Shown one piece after another: positions 51,837 through 64,000 of a stretch of 64,000 nt of DNA. The notes under the pieces are model-generated. The model ran no database searches and had not been told where the DNA came from. It saw nothing but the letters and a program-made list of their open reading frames with translations. Position 1 is the stretch's first letter, and every line of letters starts with the position of its first letter. Position numbers and translations under genes: made by a program. This stretch comes from Ramazzottius varieornatus (lineage: Eukaryota; Animalia; Tardigrada), in contig BDGG01000003.1 of NCBI GenBank assembly GCA_001949185.1, positions 2,773,158 to 2,837,157 on the forward strand, written 5' to 3'.

Positions 51837-54800
51837 ATGCAAATCGTGGAGCCACCACAGTTTCTCTTCAACTCCGCCGCGGCGACTGCGGATTCCAGTG
51901 CCAATATCCATCCCGGTACAGCGCTATTCCCGACCCTTCCCGCCGGATTTCAGAATGGAGCAGCCCAATCGACGCTGTATGCAGGAGCTACTACTCTCAC
52001 TTCGTGTCTGGAACTGGTCAACGTTGAACACATCGGCGAGATCGCCAAAGGTACCCTGTTCCAGAAACTGACCGGAAATATCCCGTCTGGCCCTGTTCTA
52101 AAGGATGTGTCGTTCGAGGTTTACAGCGGAGAACTCATGGCGATTCTCGGATCAAGCGGTAGTGGCAAACGGGCATTGCTGGACGTGATCAGCCGGAGAG
52201 CTCTTGGAACCACCCGTGGAATAATACTGTTGAACCAGATGCCTCTGACGGCACAAATCTTCCTGGTAAATTTCGACTTCCAAAACACAACAAAAGTTGA
52301 TGCTTAAAGTAAATGAAATGATGCTCGACAGACAAAGCGAACAATATTGTTATCTCAAGTGGCGCACATTCTTATTCTTGTTTGCCGGAAGGGTGCGCCA
52401 CTAGAGACAACTATGTTGGTCTAATATGATCGGAAGGGGTTTCGGTGTTTTCCCCAGCTCTGGTTTTGATGTCAGCACAATATTGACAAGTTGCCATATA
52501 CTCTACTAATCTATTATTTTCGTATTTTTGTAGGAGGTCTGTGCCATCGTCACTCTGAGAAGCGACTTGATTCCCGGCCTCTCCGTTCAACAGACCATGA
52601 ATTTTGCGGCGGCATTGACCGTCAGTCGAGTTTTAAGCGCTAATCAACGGCATGAACGAGTGAAGCGTGTAGTGGAGGATATGGGCCTGAACGATCCACA
52701 GCTTCTCAACAAGGAAGTATCCCTCTTGACCACGAGCGAAAAACGCCGACTTATCATCGCCATGGAACTTGTCCGCGATCCACGTAAACAAACATATTTT
52801 GTTTACGAAATTAACGGTACCGGTGCAATAGTGTCATGACAATTTGTTTTATTATTTTCCAGTGGTCGTGTTGATTGACGAACCAACGCGAGACTTGGAT
52901 CCACTGAACTCGTACCTCGTGATCTCCTGCTTGGCCAAATACGCCAAGAAGTACGACCGAATCCTAGTGATCACTTTGGAAAAGCCTCGATCGGACATCG
53001 TAGCTTTGCTGGACCGAGTGACCATATTGTCTTTGGGGGACGTGGTCTACACTGGGTACACCAAAACCATGGTGGACTACTTTTCTCGGATCGGGTTTCC
53101 GTGCCCGCTGTTGGAGAATCCGCTCATGTACTACCGTAAGAATGCTCCCATTTCTCCGTTTCGCAAAACGCACGAGATCGTTATCCAATTGAGCGGCGCG
53201 TTCTCATTGCTATCCGCTGAAGGACTGCGCCACCCGAGATGCCGATCTTGTGCGTTTTGTTTGTCCAGCTCCTAAATATTATTATCAATGTCTTGTTCTG
53301 TAGTATGCTTGGCCACAGTTGACCGTCGCTCCAAAGACCGCTTCACTGAAACCAATGGACACATCGAAATGCTCGTGCAGAAGTACAAGTTTGAAGGGGG
53401 CCCTTATAAACGTTACGCACCATCAGCAGGTGAGGCCACCGACGTTTTGTCATGAACGCCGCCTGACATTGGACATTCCAGTAAAAGAAACATATTTTTA
53501 GATGAAAATGGACGTATGAATCCACCAGTACTTTCCGCACTGGCCAAACCAGGAAGTACTTCAAATCTGGGCGCCCTAGTGGGCCGGAAGTTCACCCACC
53601 TCTTCGGGGTCTTCTGCAATCCTCTCAGTTCGATTTCATGGGAAATAATATTCCTCAGAATCCTCGCTTTTCCATGCCTCTCATTCTTTATATGGCTGTT
53701 CTACTTTCGTGTGAACAGTCGGAGTCAGTATAGCTTCGCGACCAGGAATGGGCTGATTTTCAACGCGCTGGCCATTGTCAGCTTCCTGTCGGCGATCCAG
53801 ACCACATTTTCATGTAAATTTCTCGCACAATATATCATTGAACTGTTCTTTTTATAAAGTGGTCCATGCTTTCAGTCAGTTCATTTCGGACACGGTACTT
53901 TCAAGAAAGTCGATCAGGAGCCTACAATGGGCGAGTCTTTATCCTGTCGGAAGCCATCCATTCGGCGTTCGTTAACCTAATAACAGTGTTCGGCGGTTCA
54001 GCTATCCTTTTCTACGGGTGTGGTCTTCGTGATCGCGATGACGGGCTCAATTTCATCCTGTTTTCGTTCGTGCTGTACTGTTGCTGGAACTTCGTGGAGC
54101 TTCAAACTAGTTGCTTGATGGTTTGCATCAAAGAACCGTTGGAAGCTTTGTCCACCACATTATTCATCACGATATTCTATCTTGTCTGCGCTAGTGGAAC
54201 TGTCAAGTGAGTTCTCCCCTCCCTTATTGGGGTGTCGGGAAGTAACTTCAGCACGTTTGTCTTCTGAAGTGGCGCACACATCCGCTGGCTAACAATGGGA
54301 ACGTGCGCCACTTGAACTAACGATCATGTTCAAGTCATTTGCCGACATCCCCATTAATTTCACTTGTCGAAAAAATAGTGACGGAAAACGTTTTGTTCTG
54401 AATGTTGTTTGTAGATCCATTTGTAACCTGGACGACTGGCTGTTCTTCCTGACATATGGAACAATTTACCGCTACGCGGGGTCCGTCATCAACTCCAATG
54501 AGTTCTTTGTGGCTAATGTTTCAGCGCAAGACCTCGTGGGTAGAAATGGAGTGCCGTGTGGATACCTCGTGGATTCGCAAAGTCATTGCCGGTACCTTAA
54601 TTCCACGGACTACCTGCTGCAACGGTATACTCGACCATCTAACCCCACATTCCTCTACATGGACGTATGTGTGATCCGTTACTCACAAAGTTCTGGGTGA
54701 TTCCGCACTCGTGATCTGCTGTATAAATTGATAAGTATTTTATTCTCTTTGCAGATGTATAGAGATTTCGGTTTATGCTGGGCTTTTTATCTGGGAATGA

Positions 54801-54868
54801 TCTTGGTAGCCTTGCTGGTGTATTCCATCCCTTTACCTTCTTTTATCAAACGAAAGTACCGCGACTGA
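51837..54868 (+). CDS. ABCG5: ABCG half transporter, ABCG5/G8-like with degenerate NBD
   Basis: LKDVSFEVYSGELMAILGSSGSGKRALLDVISRR, LTTSEKRRL (signature position), VLIDEPT, GFPCPLLENPLMYY, TRNGLIFN, C-terminal TMD ending PLPSFIKRKYRD*. Confidence 0.88.
54228..54353. repeat. Representative copy of the ~125-bp intronic palindromic element
   Basis: Arms TGGGGTGTCGG...GAAGTGGCGCAC / GTGCGCCACTTGA...CCGACATCCCCA; related copies at ~4922, 9822, 10938, 17456, 21344, 52320, 53164, 62214. Confidence 0.85.
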
Positions 54869-55522
54869 CAACCTCTTTGAAGGCACGGAAGGAAAAGCGG
54901 TGCGCGAAGAGTTGCACCATCAAGTATTACCCTATCTTAAGCTCTTTTTCTACAATATACGTTTTTATTGCTTACTTTTTAGCTTCGTTGACAGAAAACA
55001 AGAAAACTTAATTGCCAGAAGTTCTAGATACCGTAGTCCAGAGAATACTTAGAAACTTGATTTTTCTTGCCAAGGGGACATTACACTCTGCAAGGGATCA
55101 TGAACCGTCGACTTTTGACCGGCTGGTGCGGTTGACAATCCGACGGTGACGGTGATAACGATACTTTTCCAAATACTCTTCTGGATTACCGGAGATGAGT
55201 TCGGTGCACTGACTGGATGTCAAACAGAACTGCGAGTTTTTTCCTGATTTTCAGATTTCTGACAAAGACAAAGGCCCAGCGCGCGTTAAGTCATGGAATA
55301 TGTGATATGACATATCAAAGTCATGATGTCGCATAACGGCAGTATGACGTGAAATCAGCTGATAGTTAGAACCTTACGACTTCCGCCTACCGACTACGGA
55401 ACTTTCGTTCTTCGTTTAATTCCCCCTCTTTCTGCTCCACATTCCCACTTGCAGGAGATTCTCTTAAGGACGAGGTCGATCTCTCAAGGAATATCTAAAC
55501 CGGACGACCGAAAACGGAGGAG

Positions 55523-56896
55523 ATGAGTCTCCCGGGCGGTCGCGTTGCAGTGGTAAGTGATTGCTCAGCCTTCACTGTTCCCCGGAGGCAGCTTTACGTC
55601 TATAATATCCCAGCAGCACCCAGTCATTCCTGTGGCGAAAAGCCGTTCTCTTGCTTTGCAGGTAACTGGAGGTAACAAAGGAATCGGGTATGCTATCGTC
55701 AAAGGACTGTGCGAGCAGCTTCGCGATCAGGGAGTCGTTTATCTTGCAGGTAAATTTTAACTTATTACTACACTGTGATACTGTATATGTGATACGGTAC
55801 ATACAGTATACTACAGTTTATGAACATCAAATTCACCTTACTGTGCGTGTAAGCGTACACTGATGTTCTGTATTGCGCTCGCAGCGAGGGATGAAAAACG
55901 AGGTCAGGATGCTGTCAACAGGCTGAAAGATGCCGGTCTGAATCCCAGGCTTCTTCAGTTGGACATTTCCAACCCGAAAAGTATCGAGAGAGCACGCGAT
56001 CAGCTGAAGGTTGGGATAGACGTGCTGGTGTGCAATGCAGGGATAGCTTTCAAGGCACGGGAAAGTCTTCGCTAAACATCGAATCAATGCTGTATATCAA
56101 GATCGGTTGTTCGTTCCAGAATGACGCAACAGAACCTTTCGGGGAACAAGCAGAAGTGACTGTGGCCACGAACTTTACGGGAACGGTCCACACATGCGAG
56201 AAACTGTTTCCATTGCTTCGCCCACATGCCAGGTAACTATCATCATGAGTACAGGTTTCGGTTAATTGATGATCCATGATTATGTAACTAATGAGAAATT
56301 TCTGATTTTCCGTAGAGTTGTCAACGTTTCGAGCAGAGCTGGCGATGTCGAGAAGATCGCAAACTCCAATTTGAAGACCCGACTGATTTCCGAAGATCTG
56401 ACGATGGACGAGCTGAAAAAGATCATGAACGACTTCGTTTCGTGAGTGTTTGCCAACTTTATTACCTCTTGACTTCTCGCGGACTATTGATCTTATTTTA
56501 GGGCCGCGAAACGAGGAACACACAAGGATGTAGGGTTCCCCAACACGGCTTACGGCATGTCGAAGATCGGCTTGACGGCTGCAACCAGAATCCTTCAACG
56601 TGATATTGCCAAGTATAACAAGAACGAGGACATTATTGTCAATGCGGTAAGTCCTGCGATATTTTCGATTTGGAACAGCAAAGACGATAACAGAGTGAGT
56701 TTTTGTACAGTGCTGTCCCGGGTACGTGGATACGGACATGACGAGCCACAAAGGCACGAAGACTATCGAAGAGGGAGCTGATACGCCCATCTACCTGGCT
56801 CTGCTTCCGCCTCAGGATGGCAAGAGCGACCAGTCAGTACCAAAGGGAAACTTTGTCGCCGAACGGAGAATCCTCGATTGGACCAAGGGTTTCTGA
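55523..56896 (+). CDS. CBR1: Carbonyl reductase [NADPH] 1-like SDR
   Basis: VAVVTGGNKGIG, ARDEKRGQDAV, NAGIAFK, RVVNVSS, YGMSK (YxxxK), CCPGYVDTDM, EEGADTPIYLALLP. Confidence 0.93.
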
Positions 56897-58505
56897 GGAT
56901 GCATGGCCGTGAAGAAGCTACCAGCAATCCGTCTAGTATTCCCTGTCCAGCTGCTCAGAATTTTCCGGTCCATTTCATACATAGTATTTATTGGTAGGTG
57001 TTTTGGTTTAACCTTCCGACAAGCTTCATTGCCGGTATGTAGTGTGAAAATCTGCTAGCTTACAGTATCTCATCAGCGGAACGAGTTACGTCAGATAACT
57101 TTTATTTTTATTCCTGCATGTTCCCGCTTGATTCTTCAAATTGTGCACGGGGAATGGATTACCACGTGTGGTATCCATCTGCTTATTTCCGGTTCTGATG
57201 ACATGTCCGGTCCCTTCCTGTAATTCTTACCTTCAAAGTGAACACGGGACTTTCCCCTCGCAATACCAGGTCTTTCTTTGACTGGCTGGTTTGCTCTTCG
57301 CGTACGCAAGGGGTGGAAAAATGATTGATTTACGCACGGTTCTATGCATGCTCTCTCTGGCCGGTTTTTTTCAGGTCTAACGAGACTAAAATTCCGTTAG
57401 ACCATTTTTTGCCATTCGGCAGGGCCTCGAAGAGAGCCATGCGAAACCGAAGGGACTAACCGAGCTTGTGGTCTATAGACTGGACAATTTTTTCCATGTC
57501 GATCTGTTACAGTACCTCTCCTGAGTATGAGCCTCAAAGTTATATTTCAGAACAATGAGCTTCAGGAAGAACTGCAGAAGCTGGTCAGCAGAATGAACGA
57601 AGCCGCCTTGTCCAGACAAGCCGACAAACTTCATCGTTCGCTGTAAAGAGCTCGTGAAGTGTCCGCCAGTGAATGCGGGACCCTTTCGCGAGTGGAGTTC
57701 TGGAAGCCGACAAGCGACTTAGCGTCACCATGTCCCGTGTAAACCTCGTCTACGTTTTCTCGTTATTGAGAACCTGCGAGCTGTATTCCATCGCGGTGCA
57801 TGCTGGATTCATGGGGGTAATTGGATTCTCTACCGTTTCGGAAGTAAGCAAACAGTAAGTTTTGCACTGTAGTTTTCTAACCGCGGAAAGAGCGATATGA
57901 TTCTGGCAGGTAATTCTTTCCAGATCGCCGTCATTTACGGAGGATATGTTTGTTTTTTGATTGAGCGAGGAGAAAAAGCTGACAGCTTCATACGAACGCT
58001 GTCGAAGATGTTGAGCACCACCGCCGTCGGTTGAGGCTGCCAACAGTGCCAGTGAATCATATTGTGTGCTCAGTCCTCACTGTGCGTACATTGCATCTAT
58101 GACGAGGCTTCACAATGGTAAAGTTTGTGGATCTATTCAGAATCTGCATGAAGTTTTGTTAAGATTGACTCTAGCATTCTGGCAGACAGTTTCAAAATAG
58201 TTCGCGCTGTGTAAGGTAGAGGAGCAATGGCGGTTCTTGTCATGAGAATGTCAGAAAAGCATTATGACATGACAAAGACCACAAGGAAGTTGATGACTAG
58301 TTGGAATTGCGCCTTCAAGCACAACAAAAAGACGAAGACATCTGTTTCGCCTTCTTTGACATCACTGAGAGAATCAAATAAAGACCCACAGAAATTAGGT
58401 TGGGTTCCAAGCAGCAGCACTTGTTAATTTGAGATAGTTCTTGACCACTCTTCAAAACATTTGCCACCGTGGAACAGTCCAGTTTGACTGCTGAAGTTCA
58501 AAAAT

Positions 58506-59484
58506 ATGGCTGATAGAACCAAGTTGCCAAATGTTTGGAAAGTTTGTCTGGGAGTTACGCTTCTGACTTTCGTAAGTCGTTCACAGTTATTTTAAATGAT
58601 TGAACGTAAAATGTTTTCACGTACTGAGTATTTTGCAACGGACAGAGATACACTGAAGGAGCACCCTCTGCCTACGAAGCTCTCGATACCCTGCGCGGAA
58701 GGACACCGTTCAACCCGGCCGAACTGAAGCTGCTTATGAAAGATGCACAACCTGGAGTAGCCTACCCAACTTTATCTACGATTCCACAGACAAGTTTCTC
58801 GTGTGATTCCGTACAGCAAGCAGGCTTCTACTCAGACCCGGAGACGCAGTGTCAAGTTTATCATCGATGCGAACCTGACGTACCTAAGACGTCGTATCTG
58901 TGCCCAAATGGAACGGTACGTCCTTTGGACAACGATCTCTTCCGATTGCGAGAACATAACAAATTGCTAAAAATTGTCTTTTTGTAGCTTTTCAGTCCCG
59001 TGATCCTCGTTTGTGACTATTGGTAAGTCGACGATCGGTGGACCTGGATCTAGAAAGCAATACCGGAGCCTAATCTGTTAATCTGTTTCGCAGGTACAAT
59101 GTCCAGTGCAGCAGGTACGTACAACAGAGCTGTCTCTCTTTTTTCTCGATACGCTATACCTTGTGCTAATCATCTCCCAGGTCGAAGCAGTTCGAGAACT
59201 TTTCGAACCCAAAAATTTACGCCGGCAAGAACGTTCGGCTGCTCGATGATGGCAACTCCAGCTCCAGCACGTCTCCAAGTTCGCAGCAGGGTTCACAGGG
59301 GACTCTTATATCTTCCAGTCAGCAATCAGGACCGACCATGTCAATTACGCTCAGGCAAAATCCACCTTCAAATTCTCGTGGTGGCCACAAATCACAGACA
59401 GTGCCGAACAACAAGACTACAGAAAGACCGCTAGCCTCAACTGCGCGCGTCCCTTCGAATGTGACATCCACTTTATCAACATAA
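58506..59484 (+). CDS. Secreted chitin-binding type-2 (CBM14/peritrophin-A) protein with Ser/Thr-rich tail
   Basis: YPTLSTIPQTSFSC...GFYSDPETQCQVYHRC...SYLCPNGTLF...VCDYWYNVQC; signal-peptide-like exon 1. Confidence 0.88.
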
Positions 59485-60067
59485 CTGGAAGTTGTGAGAC
59501 CAAGAAAAATATTTTACCTGCTCTGTTTCTTATAAACGGTTTTTTTGTACGGCAGATGTTGAAAGCTGTCTATCCATTCGAATGACGACAGACCAGATCG
59601 AAAGTCCGCTGTTTATCAGCAGAATTGGATTTGTTCGGTTCCAGGTTCTCTCTTTGGGGGACGTAATGAGCTGTTTCCACCTTCGAAGAGGTTTTTCCTT
59701 ATCATTCGTACAGCGAACAGCCGTGACAAGTATTTATGGAGTCACAAGATCGAAACTTCGGAAGATAAACGACTAACCGCACTATGACAATGGGATGTGT
59801 TTTCATTATGGCGGCGCGTGATGTAGTACAACATTACAGAATGTAACTTACGCCACCCCATAGTGCAGTTCGTTAACACTATAGAGCTGCAGTACCTCGC
59901 TTTCTGCTAATAACGGCGTGCCAAAATACGGGCTGACTCACTTGTTAGCCGATTGCCTTACGATAGATCTCTGACTCTCCAGATTCGAAAAGGTTTCCAC
60001 GTAACTGAACCCATTTCCGGGATCAACAAACACTTGAAGTAAATGTTAAGTTTTTCGTTGTGGCAGA

Positions 60068-60944
60068 ATGGGAGACGAGCCGAAGATTCCGAGTGACACG
60101 GGTCTTAAGCCCAAACTACGGTTTCACAATGTTTTTGCATCTGCACACACTCCTTTTGCTCGAGCGGCAACCGCCAGGAGAATTCGTCAGAAGAGCGTTC
60201 GCCTGCGAGCTCTCAGTTCCGAAATATTCTTCCCGGTTGAAAAGACACCTGTTTCGACAAGTTCACCAAATCTCGGACCGACTACTCTCGCCCTAGCCCG
60301 CTTCGGAGCTCGACCAGCCCAGATTGTAGGGAAAGCCGTGTCGAATCCTTACAATGACTTCAATGCGGAAGCTATCAAGAAGGCAACACAGGAAGACCCA
60401 TTCTTTCTGCATGATGTCATGAGCGCGGGACATTTCCTCGGACAGGTGCAATCTTTCTTGCTCAGTTTAGTTCCCTTCTTCATCGATATTTGTAGCTCGG
60501 AACCCGTCGTACGTCATCGAGGACGTAACTAATTTGCTCATGTTTTCAGATATCGATATGCTGAAGCAAAGGAAGAAGGAAGTTCAGAGGCGGAGGATGA
60601 AGTTAGAACAGGAGAAGAAAGTGATCGCTCGCGAGATTCGTGATACTGCCTTCAAGCTCTATAACGCCGCCACCGTTGAACTGGATGTCAAGAAAATTCT
60701 GTCGGAATTACGAACCGCCAAAACGGAGCTAGATGCCGACATCAAGCAGGTGACTTTCTAGAAACGGTTAGTTTAGTACCTTGCTACAGCTGACCGTTAC
60801 TTGCAGTTGGAAGAAAAAGGCTGGAAAATCTTCGGAAAGGAAGCTTTTCAAAGGCCCAATCTTCATCCAGAAAAATCGCCCAAAAGCAGCAGGAGAGGAA
60901 AGAAAACACCGGTGAAAGGCAAGAAGAAGAAAACACCTGCATGA
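60068..60944 (+). CDS. Uncharacterised basic coiled-coil protein
   Basis: Spliceable exons, IDMLKQRKKEVQRRRMKLEQEKK...LDADIKQ|LEEKGWK...GKKKKTPA*; AATAAA downstream. Confidence 0.6.
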
Positions 60945-61258
60945 TTCCTGATGAACACAGCTAGACTTGAACGGCAGAAATATAAATAAAAGGAAGACTA
61001 TACTTTTAGGTTAAGGAGTGCGCAGCATTTGCGTCGAGTAAAGTTTAGTAGTGATATTTAGTCTGGCGAGAATGAGTTACGAAAATTAGAGTTAAAAATT
61101 AATAAAGGAGAGTAGTAAGTAAGTAAGTAGTAAAAGAACTGAAGCCCTATTTTCCGAGCACAGACCAGCTTAATGTTGATGCAACAGCGGAAATAAAACT
61201 TTTAATGAAAAGAAATAATTTCGAAAGACAGTAAAAAGAGTCCTCGTAGGATGGAATC

Positions 61259-62684
61259 TTACGCTGACTCCGTGGACGATTTCTGAGTTTTCATTATTAT
61301 TTGTATCACAAAGCCAGGTTTCACCTTGTAATCTGAAAGACGAGCACGATCCGGTAGTAACTTTCCACCGAAGAACCACCTGCAACTCGTGAAAAGCAAA
61401 ACCGTTCACTCACCTACATACAGTAACCTCCAGTTTTAATATCACGTCCAAGTATGCAGGTCCGGGAAAGTTAGGTTAGTTCAAACTTAAAACCACGCAC
61501 CTTTGATCGGCCACGTCAATGTTCCGTATATCTTGGAAAACCCTTTTCTTCAACGTCCCTACTGTTTCTTCCGTATTGATCGGAAACTTGATGTCCTTGT
61601 CGCCATCAGAAAACCTCAGCTTTACATTCATATCTTTTCCTACAATGAAAGCATGATACCTACAACACATCCCTGGTAGAAAACATTTTTACCAAGTTTG
61701 ACTGGATCGGTTTTGCCCGCATCTCTCCCCGCATTCTCCGCGTCAACTATCAAGTTCAATGGTGTCGAAAGACAGTACGGCGGAACCTGATAGCGTGTCC
61801 CCAGTTCGTCGTAGCAATCCAGCAAGGTTCCGGAAGGCGTTGAAACCCCAACGCCGTCGATAATTGCTTGGGCAAGGACCCAATCACCCGCTGCAAGACA
61901 TAACAAACATTATTATTGATCAGACGCAAGAATAATACTTATAGTTGGATCCTTCAATCAATGATGCAATTATGAAAAGGAGCGAAGTACCTTCAGCGGC
62001 AGTCGCTGCTGCAGACAAAGCATCCCATACTTCTTTCTTGCCTTCGTAAGCAGGCGCGGTTTCCCAGAAGACCTTCCGCTTCTCGGCGAGCTGTTCAGCG
62101 GTCATAGCAGCTTGACTTCTCCAGCGAAGCTTTTCTTTCATCAGCTGCTGACTCTTCCCAATCGCCACCGCTAAAACAAAACGCAAAATAAATATTGAAT
62201 GTTGATAACAGATGGGATGCCGGCCATTCAGTTGAACGCGATCGTTATCTCGAGTGGCGCACATTTTCATCGTTACTTGCTGAGCATGTGCACCACTTGG
62301 GAAAACGACCATGTTCAAGCCTTCTATCGACATCCCAGATTATAACCAAACTAAAACCGAGACGAGTCCCAAAAATAGTCATCAGCAACTCATCAGAAAA
62401 GGTAAGATATATGTTCATCTAACAAAAACCACAAGAGATTCAAAAGAAATTAGAAAATTGGCGAATAGAATTTAGTCATCAACTTGAGTTACTGTTTTCA
62501 TTTTCTAATATTGCTCTATGTTGCGCGAACCTCCTTCATAGCGACTTCCGGTGGTGACTTCTCGGCTTTCCGAATTATTGCTAAAGTTATTGGCAGACTG
62601 CGACTGCGAGCTGGGAATGGTCCGCCGGCGGTGAGGAGGTGGTGTGACCTGGCCAGCACGCTGCGACCCAATACAGCCACCCAT
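61259..62684 (-). CDS. UBTD1: Ubiquitin domain-containing protein UBTD1/2 (DC-UbP)
   Basis: MGGCIG, FWETAPAYEGKKEVWDAL, AQAIIDG, CYDELGTRYQVPPYCLS, QRWFFGGKLL...GFVIQII. Confidence 0.95.
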
Positions 62685-64000
62685 ACACGCGAATAGGCGC
62701 ATCAGGCAAGGCTGCAAGGATTGACAAGCCAGCTCAATAACTCGATCGATTCCCCTCGTTAAGATGATCAACAGGATTCTCTTCTCCAGACGGGGGTTTG
62801 TGAAGAAAGGCTTCGTCGAGCAACTGTAATCGAAATATCTGGTAATAGGCAAAAGGTACCGGAAATACTGTCTTAACGCGGAGCCTACACTGCCAGCTCC
62901 GCAAAAGAAAGGATATTTGGGTTACACGCTTATTCCTCCCACAGGACCTACACCGCCATGATATGATGGTAAAACCCTTATAAGATTTCACAAGGGTGTA
63001 AGGAGCAGTACAGGATAAAAGTCGAGAACGACTGCAGCACCTAAGTTAGCTCTTACCCCAAGGCTACGGCACACAGTCCCACCGCTTTACTTTCGCTTCG
63101 CAGTGATGACAACGAGATGGGCTCTTTGGCTTAGCGAAAAGGTTCAACGTATGCTGCAGAAGAGGGGAAGAAAGGTGCCTTGCAAGCGTGAAGGGAAGTG
63201 TTGAGGCGAGACGCTAGGGTAGATGGCTGCTTCAGCTGTGATCGAGAAGAGGCTATCGACTTACAGTTACAAATGGCGTCTTGGCACCTTAAGACGCTAA
63301 TATCCTGGAGAAAACATTACATTAATCCTGTCGCAAATAGCAGCAGGAACGGAAGCAGCAGGATGATGACAAAGGAAGGCAGCGTACCCGAATGTGCAAT
63401 CGCTGCATCTGACGATCACAAAGGTGCCCTCATCATCTGCTTCTTCGGACTCCTCATGGCGAACGCTCAACAAATCCCACTCACCGCAGTACTAGGAAGA
63501 CTAGATAGTACAGAAATGGTGGACGATGGAGAGTTTGATTGGATCTTAGTCTTACTGCAGAAGATGTCAAAGAAACAAAAAGAAATGAGATCGTTCACTC
63601 GTGATTCATGGATAGAGAGGATTCATACAGCCGACTTCCGCCCCAGGGGCATCTCTATTCTCTAACTTAACTTGGCCCAAACGTCGCCCAGGGTTTTTCC
63701 GGCCCATGGAATCGATGAAAACCTTCTTTTTCCTTCATTCGTACGAGTGTAACAAAATCTCAGTATCGAAAAGCATAAAAAAGAAAAGCGCCCAACGAGT
63801 AAAATAAAAATACCGGAGTATACAGTACACTGGGAAAATATGGCGAACCAATAACTGCGGATCGAATTATGCGCATTCTAGTCAGGGTCCTGCACCAGGC
63901 TCTTCAGATAAGAACCGGGTATCTGTAAAAGATCACTGGGTTTTCCTTGTTCGACAATTTCGCCGTCGCTTATCACAACGATTCGATCACAGTCCATCAC

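Noticed and set aside
56050-56790. 246-aa minus-strand ORF and similar antisense ORFs elsewhere
   Set aside because: Shadows of real genes on the opposite strand.
57375-57646. Exon-like fragments (NNELQEELQKLVSRMNEAALS...)
   Set aside because: Could not be assembled into a phase-consistent gene.
63198-63665. 155-aa ORF near the window end
   Set aside because: Non-ATG start, no recognisable motif, no convincing exon structure.
1-64000. CRISPR arrays, tRNA/rRNA genes, autonomous transposase ORFs, horizontally acquired bacterial genes
   Set aside because: None recognised; repeats are dispersed inverted repeats and the recognised genes carry spliceosomal introns.

Overview
Gene-dense eukaryotic (invertebrate) DNA with many short GT-AG introns of about 50-110 nt. 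The compactness, base composition and tandem receptor guanylyl cyclases fit a tardigrade-like compact genome (inference only). Recognisable genes, in order: 3' end of a receptor guanylyl cyclase, a tandem receptor-GC pseudogene, ANKLE1/LEM-3, an orphan Ser-rich gene, a PIN-only SWT1 paralog, an orphan with one in-frame stop, a nucleoside hydrolase, WDR70, APEH, SWT1, CMC4 directly followed by PCYOX1, a small myristoylation-motif/UBZ-finger gene, PLD3-like, a 74-aa hydrophilic micro-gene, PSMD9, an SLC35F-like gene with a pseudogene copy, ABCG5-like, carbonyl reductase, a chitin-binding protein, a coiled-coil orphan and UBTD1/2. Non-autonomous DNA transposons are present, several with TIRs and target-site duplications. 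Most notable: (1) a ~125-bp palindromic element found 9 times, always in introns; (2) the CMC4-PCYOX1 pair, 27 nt apart, which looks bicistronic or shares a leader; (3) a locally duplicated stand-alone SWT1 PIN nuclease; (4) two small spliced genes missed by the ORF track. All exon structures were assembled by eye and are unconfirmed by transcripts.
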